This document shows, piece after piece, positions 59,258 to 64,000 of a stretch of DNA of 64,000 bases (the stretch's first letter is position 1; every line of letters begins with the position of its first letter). Where the stretch lies: NCBI GenBank assembly GCA_964613305.1, contig CAZTII010000001.1:11990-75989 (forward strand), in the 5' to 3' direction. The notes beneath the pieces were generated by a model that saw only the letters and a program-made list of their open reading frames with translations, did not search any database and had not been told where the DNA came from. Both the position numbers and the translations under genes were made by a program. This DNA comes from an uncultured Erysipelotrichaceae bacterium. GTDB lineage: Bacteria; Bacillota_I; Bacilli_A; Erysipelotrichales; Erysipelotrichaceae.

Positions 59258-59430
59258 TAAATATTTTTTTAAAAATAGGTCTATTATTATCTATACAATG
59301 AGGTATTATATAGATGTAAAAAGAAACATACGAGGTGATTCAAATGAAAAAGGTGTTACTAGAATATCTACACTAGTCTATATGGAAGGGCAGAATTTCA
59401 TATAGACGGCAAAAAAAATAATATGAAAGT

Positions 59431-59472
59431 GAAAGTCTGCATGAGGGCATACCAATGGACAATGAAAGTATA
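59431..59472 (+). repeat. Motif copy 1 (GAAAG-N5-ATG...ATACCAATGGACAATGAAAGTATA)
   Basis: GAAAGTCTGCATGAGGGCATACCAATGGACAATGAAAGTATA. The last 24 nt are identical to copy 2. Confidence 0.8.
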
Positions 59473-59538
59473 GGGATTCAATAAACTAATCATTAAAGCA
59501 AATGATAAATGCAATGACGATTGATTAGTTAAAGTGAC

Positions 59539-59555
59539 GTATGTTGAGAAATATA
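59539..59555 (+). repeat. 17-nt box, copy 1
   Basis: GTATGTTGAGAAATATA is identical to 59727-59743. It is itself related to the GTATGTTTAGGATATA core of the main motif. Confidence 0.75.
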
Positions 59556-59598
59556 TAGTGTTAAATGGTAGTCATAAGAATGTCGAATATAGTGAATG

Positions 59599-59640
59599 GA
59601 AAGGTATGTTTAGGATATACCAATGGACAATGAAAGTATA
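59599..59640 (+). repeat. Motif copy 2
   Basis: GAAAGGTATGTTTAGGATATACCAATGGACAATGAAAGTATA. Confidence 0.85.
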
Positions 59641-59726
59641 ATATATCAATAAAAGCTAATCATTTAGGCAAATAACAACAAAATAAGTATTATAAATGTG
59701 ATTAGTTTGATAGTTATTATGGTAGT

Positions 59727-59743
59727 GTATGTTGAGAAATATA
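59727..59743 (+). repeat. 17-nt box, copy 2
   Basis: GTATGTTGAGAAATATA. Confidence 0.75.
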
Positions 59744-59790
59744 CGACGTTGATTATAAGGTTTGAGTTTTAATCAATAAATAATTGAATG

Positions 59791-59817
59791 GAAAGGTATG
59801 TTTAGGATATACCAATG
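59791..59817 (+). repeat. Motif copy 3 (5' part only)
   Basis: GAAAGGTATGTTTAGGATATACCAATG is identical to copy 2 over 27 nt (plus the shared upstream GAATG), then diverges. Confidence 0.85.
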
Positions 59818-59876
59818 AATAGTTTATAAAGCAGTGATGTTTAAAGGTCAGTGAAGTAAATCAAAACTAAGTAGCA

Positions 59877-59903
59877 GAAAGGCATGTTAAGGATACACCA
59901 ATA
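59877..59903 (+). repeat. Motif copy 4 (diverged, 5' part only)
   Basis: GAAAGGCATGTTAAGGATACACCAATA has 4 substitutions relative to copy 3. Confidence 0.7.
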
Positions 59904-60133
59904 GATGGTACATGAAGTATTAGTTGTTAACTATAATTAATAGTATACATGGTTAATAAATAATTTAATGGTATAAAGTAGCTATACTAGTGTAGATTGA
60001 GTATTAATCGAATAATGAATGTATTGAATTATGTAAGTATCGAAATAAGTAGTTATCTTAACAAAAGTATCAAGTTATTTAATAATTGATTAAAAAAGTG
60101 TTAAAACAACACAAAAGAAGCTGGCTTACTAAG

Positions 60134-60209
60134 AAAATTTAAAAAAGGCCTCTAACATATCATCGATTCACAATAGCTAAGTGAAGATGGTGATATGGAA
60201 GAGGTCTTT
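60134..60209 (-). terminator. Long imperfect hairpin plus U-run, terminator of the degenerate ATPase gene
   Basis: Minus strand: AAAGACCTCT...(inner CATATCA/TGATATG pairing)...AGAGGCCTTTTTT. The plus-strand reading is also hairpin + TTTT. Confidence 0.6.
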
Positions 60210-60210
60210 T

Positions 60211-62451
60211 CTATGACTGTTGAATGTATGAAATAGAGCATCCTAAACTTTCAAATAAGTTTTTAATTTTGTTTATTTCATAGATCGATGATGTTTCTAC
60301 AAGTATTGTCGTATCATCAATAAATGATACATGAAATCCATCGATTGATATGGTTTTATTTAATCTATCTTTTAGATGAATCGTATAAAAATAGCGCTTA
60401 GTATTAATATTTTTTAAAGGTAATACTGACTTCCATAATAAAAGATATGATAATAATGAAATAGACATGATGAGTAGTGGCGAAAAGTTAATAAAAGGAA
60501 GAATAGAAATAATGATTAAGCATACTTGAGTGTATAATGTTCTTTTTTTTATTTGTATCATTTCTTGTTGAAATTGTTCTGTTAATGAAAAACATGAAGT
60601 TAGAAATGAAATGTCATTGTTTAAAACAAATAGTGGTGCTTTTTTTGGTAAAAATGATGGTCCACAATTTAAAACTATCGTATGTTGATTATCAATGAAA
60701 CCTTGGTTGATAAATAACATTTTTTTATGATTGTTTTCACAATATTCAATCATTTTAATTTCTTTGGTTAATGTCATATCGAATTCAATAAAGTCCATGT
60801 TACATGGTTTTAAGTAACGCTTTGCTTTTTCATCGTTATTTACTAGACAAGCACATATTTCTTTTTGATGCTTTTTTAGCGTTGATATCGTTGCTTTTAC
60901 GGTAGGTAAGATAGTTTCTTCGATAGCTATAATCCCTAAAACCTCCATGTTATTTAACACTAAGCGACACATTTTTCCTTCTGAATGATATGATGATATT
61001 GTATTTTGAACAGTATATGGCAGAGTATTATTATCAATATCGTCGCTATTAACTATCGTGGATGATTGAAAATAAGTTGCTTCTTTTTTAAATAAGTTTT
61101 TAAAGCTATCATTATTGACTTGTTGAAAAGCGGTTTCTTTTAAATATTGCATTACCGCAAGAGATGTAGGAGTTTTGGATTTACTTTCTAGGGTGTGCAA
61201 CAAGACAGAAAATTCGTTTAAATCCATCTGACTTGAAATCATTACATCGCTAACACGCGGTGTTTTATCGCATAAAACGTTGTCTTTATAAAAGGCAAAG
61301 ATATCTGTATCTTTAAGTTGTAATACTTGATTAAAACTATCAAAGAATATCATTTGTTGATTAGCTCGATGGGATAAGAAGGTACTAATTAGTTCTTTAG
61401 CGAAAAGGTAGAGATCACCAACATAAGCGACTAGAAAGCTAATGATGGTAATCGCGGCGCTTGATATATTTTTTGTTACTATATAATTTAGTAGTCCAAT
61501 AAAAATGGAAGAAACGCCATATAATAATGGAATTCTATTTAATAAAGTTTCCTCGGTAGTTACTGTTGTTGATAAAAAAGTTGAGTCGATATGCTGTTGT
61601 AATTGATGATAGAATGACTCATCATATTTTTTATCAACTCTAATTTCAATTGGTGCGTGTAAATTAGTGGAAAGAGCGAATACTTGGCTGTTTACAGATG
61701 CCTGTTGTGGATATTTATTTCCAAGTAAGAACAATGTATCGATAAAAGTAAATCCTTTTGTAATTGTTCCATCTAGTGGAATTATACAGTTTTTATCGAT
61801 TAAAATGATATCGCCGACATTAATTGTTGAAATATCGACGTCAATAGAAGTGTGGTTTTTAACTAATTTACATTTTTTTGGTTGTTTTAAATTATACCGA
61901 TAGTGTATTAACGATATTTTCTGTTTGAATAATGTGAATATATAGCTTTTACATGTACTTAAATGGATAATAATAATTGGATGAAAAAATAAATGATGTT
62001 GATTAATATTGATTGCTAAACTTAGGAAAATACTTATAAATAGTAGTGTTTCACTAGTGAATTTTTTAAATTGCAGTTGGTCAATAAGAATATCTTTCAT
62101 AAAATAGATATTGGTAAAGAATAGTAAGAGTTGTATTAAGTTTACTATTAGTGTAGGTAATTGTAAAAATGAGATGCTTGTAATGGTAATCAATGACATT
62201 AAACCGATTAATAACTGTCGTTTTAGTGATAATGATTGTTTATTTGAGTTGAAATTAAAACATTTATACGATGATACTAAAATGGTTAGTGATGATAGTG
62301 ATAAAACACGTTCATCAAATTCAACTAGAAATGTAAAAGTGCATTGTTGGTACTCACAACGTAGAACACCAGGGATAGAATGTATGGTTGCAAGCAGTTT
62401 TTCAGCATTTATCGGATTTAAAGGATGATTACAAGGAAATTTATAACGCAT
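60211..62451 (-). CDS. CopA-like P1B-ATPase homolog lacking all catalytic motifs (predicted pseudo-ATPase membrane protein)
   Basis: Intact 746-aa ORF behind GGAGTGAT. It aligns by eye to the window's own CopA through the actuator, P and N domains, but TGES, CPC, DKTGT, HP, TGD and GDGxNDxP are all replaced (details in findings). Confidence 0.75.
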   Translation of the reverse strand: MRYKFPCNHPLNPINAEKLLATIHSIPGVLRCEYQQCTFTFLVEFDERVLSLSSLTILVSSYKCFNFNSNKQSLSLKRQLLIGLMSLITITSISFLQLPTLIVNLIQLLLFFTNIYFMKDILIDQLQFKKFTSETLLFISIFLSLAININQHHLFFHPIIIIHLSTCKSYIFTLFKQKISLIHYRYNLKQPKKCKLVKNHTSIDVDISTINVGDIILIDKNCIIPLDGTITKGFTFIDTLFLLGNKYPQQASVNSQVFALSTNLHAPIEIRVDKKYDESFYHQLQQHIDSTFLSTTVTTEETLLNRIPLLYGVSSIFIGLLNYIVTKNISSAAITIISFLVAYVGDLYLFAKELISTFLSHRANQQMIFFDSFNQVLQLKDTDIFAFYKDNVLCDKTPRVSDVMISSQMDLNEFSVLLHTLESKSKTPTSLAVMQYLKETAFQQVNNDSFKNLFKKEATYFQSSTIVNSDDIDNNTLPYTVQNTISSYHSEGKMCRLVLNNMEVLGIIAIEETILPTVKATISTLKKHQKEICACLVNNDEKAKRYLKPCNMDFIEFDMTLTKEIKMIEYCENNHKKMLFINQGFIDNQHTIVLNCGPSFLPKKAPLFVLNNDISFLTSCFSLTEQFQQEMIQIKKRTLYTQVCLIIISILPFINFSPLLIMSISLLSYLLLWKSVLPLKNINTKRYFYTIHLKDRLNKTISIDGFHVSFIDDTTILVETSSIYEINKIKNLFESLGCSISYIQQS

Positions 62452-62566
62452 TTAATCACTCCAATCTAAACGTTTAATCTTAGAATAATCTTAACTTTTG
62501 AAAGTGTCAATCTAAAGACTATGAAAATTGACTAAAAAAGATTAAAATAGATAGTGAGGTGAAACT

Positions 62567-64000
62567 ATGAATACAAAGGAAAAATTAAAAAAATTAAGAA
62601 AATTAATGAGTAATAAAAATATTGACGCTGTCATTATTCCTTCTGCAGATTATCATCAAAGTGAGTATGTCGCTCAGTTTTTTCAATCAAGAGCGTATAT
62701 TTCCGGATTTGATGGTTCTGCCGGAACAGTAGTGATTACTCAAAAGGAAGCCGGCTGTTGGACTGATGGCAGATATTTTGTTCAAGCTGAAAAACAATTA
62801 AAAGGAAGTGGAATTGATTTATATCGAATGGGTGAAGAAAACACATTAACGATTCAAGAATTTATTATAAAATACATTCCTAAAAAGGGTTGTTTTGCTT
62901 TTGATGCACGTGTTATTAGTGGAAAACAATATGATGATTATGTTTCTTGTTGTTCTAAAAAGGAAATATCTATTGTCGATATTGATTTGATGAGTGAACT
63001 ATGGGACGATCGTCCTGCTTTTCCAAATGGTCAATTATTTACTTTAGGAAAAGAGTTTTCTGGTAAAAAAGTTAAAGATAAAATTAAGGATATTGTCGTA
63101 TTGATGAAAGAAAATAGTGCGACTGTGTGTCTTCTTAGCAAGTTAGAAGATATTGCGTGGTTATTAAATGTTCGAGGTCAAGATGTAGAATGTACTCCAG
63201 TATTTTATAGCTATTGCATGATTAAAGATAAAAAAGTACGTTTATACGTTGATGAAACTAAAATTAATACTGAAGTATCAAAATCATTGAAAGAAGATAA
63301 TGTTGAAATAGCACCATATGAGTGTTTTGTGGATGATGTAAAACAATTAACGAAGGAAACAATTTGGATTGATAAAGCAGTGTTAAATGCACAAATAGTT
63401 CGTGCAATCGACGAATCTAATCAAGTAATTGATAAGGACAGTCCATGCATGCTTCCACGTGCCATTAAAAATAAAGTTGAAATTAAGAACATGAAAGAAG
63501 CCCATGTTGTAGATGGTGTGGCATTGACGCGTTTTATTTATTGGTTAAAAACAACGATTGGTAAAGAAGTAATTAATGAATACCAAGCTGGAGAAGTGTT
63601 AGAACAATATCGTCGTCAACAACCTAATTTTATAGAACCTAGTTTTCATACTATTTTTGCGTATGGTAGTAATGCGGCAATGATGCATTATCGTGCGTTA
63701 AAAAATAATAATAGTGAACTCAAAACAGAAGGTTTGGTATTAATTGATTCAGGCGGTCAATACAAAGGTGGAACAACCGATGTTACGCGAACAATTGTAT
63801 GTGGGAAAATTGATGATATGACGAAGAAGTATTATACCCGTACTTTACAAGGTATGATACGCTTATCGAAAGTTAAGTTTTTATATGGGTGTACTGGCCA
63901 AGTTCTCGATGTGTTATCAAGATCACCTCTATGGGATATTGAAATGGATTATAAATGTGGTACCGGGCATGGGGTTGGTTTTTGTTTAAGTGTTCATGAA
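62567..64000 (+). CDS. Xaa-Pro aminopeptidase (M24B, aminopeptidase P family); C-terminus beyond the window edge
   Basis: My own translation from ATG 62567 (SD GTGAGGTGA) gives MNTKEKLKKLRKLMSNKNIDAVIIPSADYHQSEY.... Creatinase-like N-domains are followed by the pita-bread core DSGGQYKGGTTDVTRT and GTGHGVG. The frame is open to 64000. Confidence 0.82.
   Translation, partial: MNTKEKLKKLRKLMSNKNIDAVIIPSADYHQSEYVAQFFQSRAYISGFDGSAGTVVITQKEAGCWTDGRYFVQAEKQLKGSGIDLYRMGEENTLTIQEFIIKYIPKKGCFAFDARVISGKQYDDYVSCCSKKEISIVDIDLMSELWDDRPAFPNGQLFTLGKEFSGKKVKDKIKDIVVLMKENSATVCLLSKLEDIAWLLNVRGQDVECTPVFYSYCMIKDKKVRLYVDETKINTEVSKSLKEDNVEIAPYECFVDDVKQLTKETIWIDKAVLNAQIVRAIDESNQVIDKDSPCMLPRAIKNKVEIKNMKEAHVVDGVALTRFIYWLKTTIGKEVINEYQAGEVLEQYRRQQPNFIEPSFHTIFAYGSNAAMMHYRALKNNNSELKTEGLVLIDSGGQYKGGTTDVTRTIVCGKIDDMTKKYYTRTLQGMIRLSKVKFLYGCTGQVLDVLSRSPLWDIEMDYKCGTGHGVGFCLSVHE

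Noticed and set aside
59095-59301. Track ORF 59095..59301 (plus strand, 68 aa)
   Set aside because: It is antisense to the 5' end, SD and promoter of mgtE. It has no SD and gives a low-complexity translation.
59213-59460. Expected M-box riboswitch upstream of mgtE
   Set aside because: None of the conserved M-box blocks occurs on either strand. A TGGTATAAT promoter element sits only about 36 nt from the start codon.
59431-59903. Possible degenerate CRISPR array (repeated motif in an ORF-free region)
   Set aside because: The repeats are imperfect and of unequal length. The spacings are irregular (168, 192 and 86 nt) and far larger than CRISPR spacers. There are no cas genes and no leader.
1-64000. 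Alternative genetic code (TGA = Trp), as in some AT-rich Mollicutes-related lineages
   Set aside because: TGA functions as a stop at well-defined gene ends (the LysR gene at 18850-18852, copZ at 41526-41528). Conserved proteins translate full length with the standard code.

Overview
AT-rich (roughly one-third G+C by eye) chromosomal segment from a low-GC Gram-positive bacterium (Bacillota). This is supported by a T-box, an M-box, a CIRCE operator, lipoprotein lipoboxes and a ComGC-type prepilin. The standard genetic code applies, since TGA is used as a stop. There are about 60 tightly packed genes, and I see no transposase, integrase, phage or CRISPR-cas genes. Recognisable content, left to right: an FAD oxidoreductase (partial), a membrane GGDEF/EAL protein, a peroxiredoxin, a DUF1538-like membrane protein with a tandem P-II protein, cysE/cysK, and a surface-polysaccharide locus (rmlA, SDR reductase, rmlB, glf-like mutase, two MOP flippases, three GT2 enzymes). 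Next come a LysR regulator with a lipoprotein hydrolase, an M-box riboswitch with mgtA, a tandem pair of c-di-GMP proteins, phnA, a T-box-controlled ABC importer, argS, serA/serC, and a CIRCE-controlled hsp20. These are followed by an ECF sigma/anti-sigma/lipoprotein module, asnA, rimO, a ROK kinase, a ferredoxin + Cys-rich membrane protein + copZ + copA operon, an Fe-ADH, a SWIM protein, tRNA-His and a second membrane GGDEF/EAL paralog. The window ends with a frameshifted transporter and two M20 amidohydrolases, an ATP-grasp/esterase pair, chorismate mutase, a MacAB-like exporter, mgtE with an orphan pilin, and an aminopeptidase P (partial). The most unusual items are (i) a 0.9-kb ORF-free spacer (59243-60210) with nested repeats and micro-ORFs, (ii) the adjacent CopA-like P-type ATPase homolog that has lost every catalytic motif, (iii) four GGDEF domains that are all degenerate next to three intact EAL domains, (iv) a probable Met-specifier T-box on an uncharacterised ABC importer, and (v) Fe-S redox genes translationally coupled to copZA. 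All family calls come from reading the translations and motifs. No database search was run.
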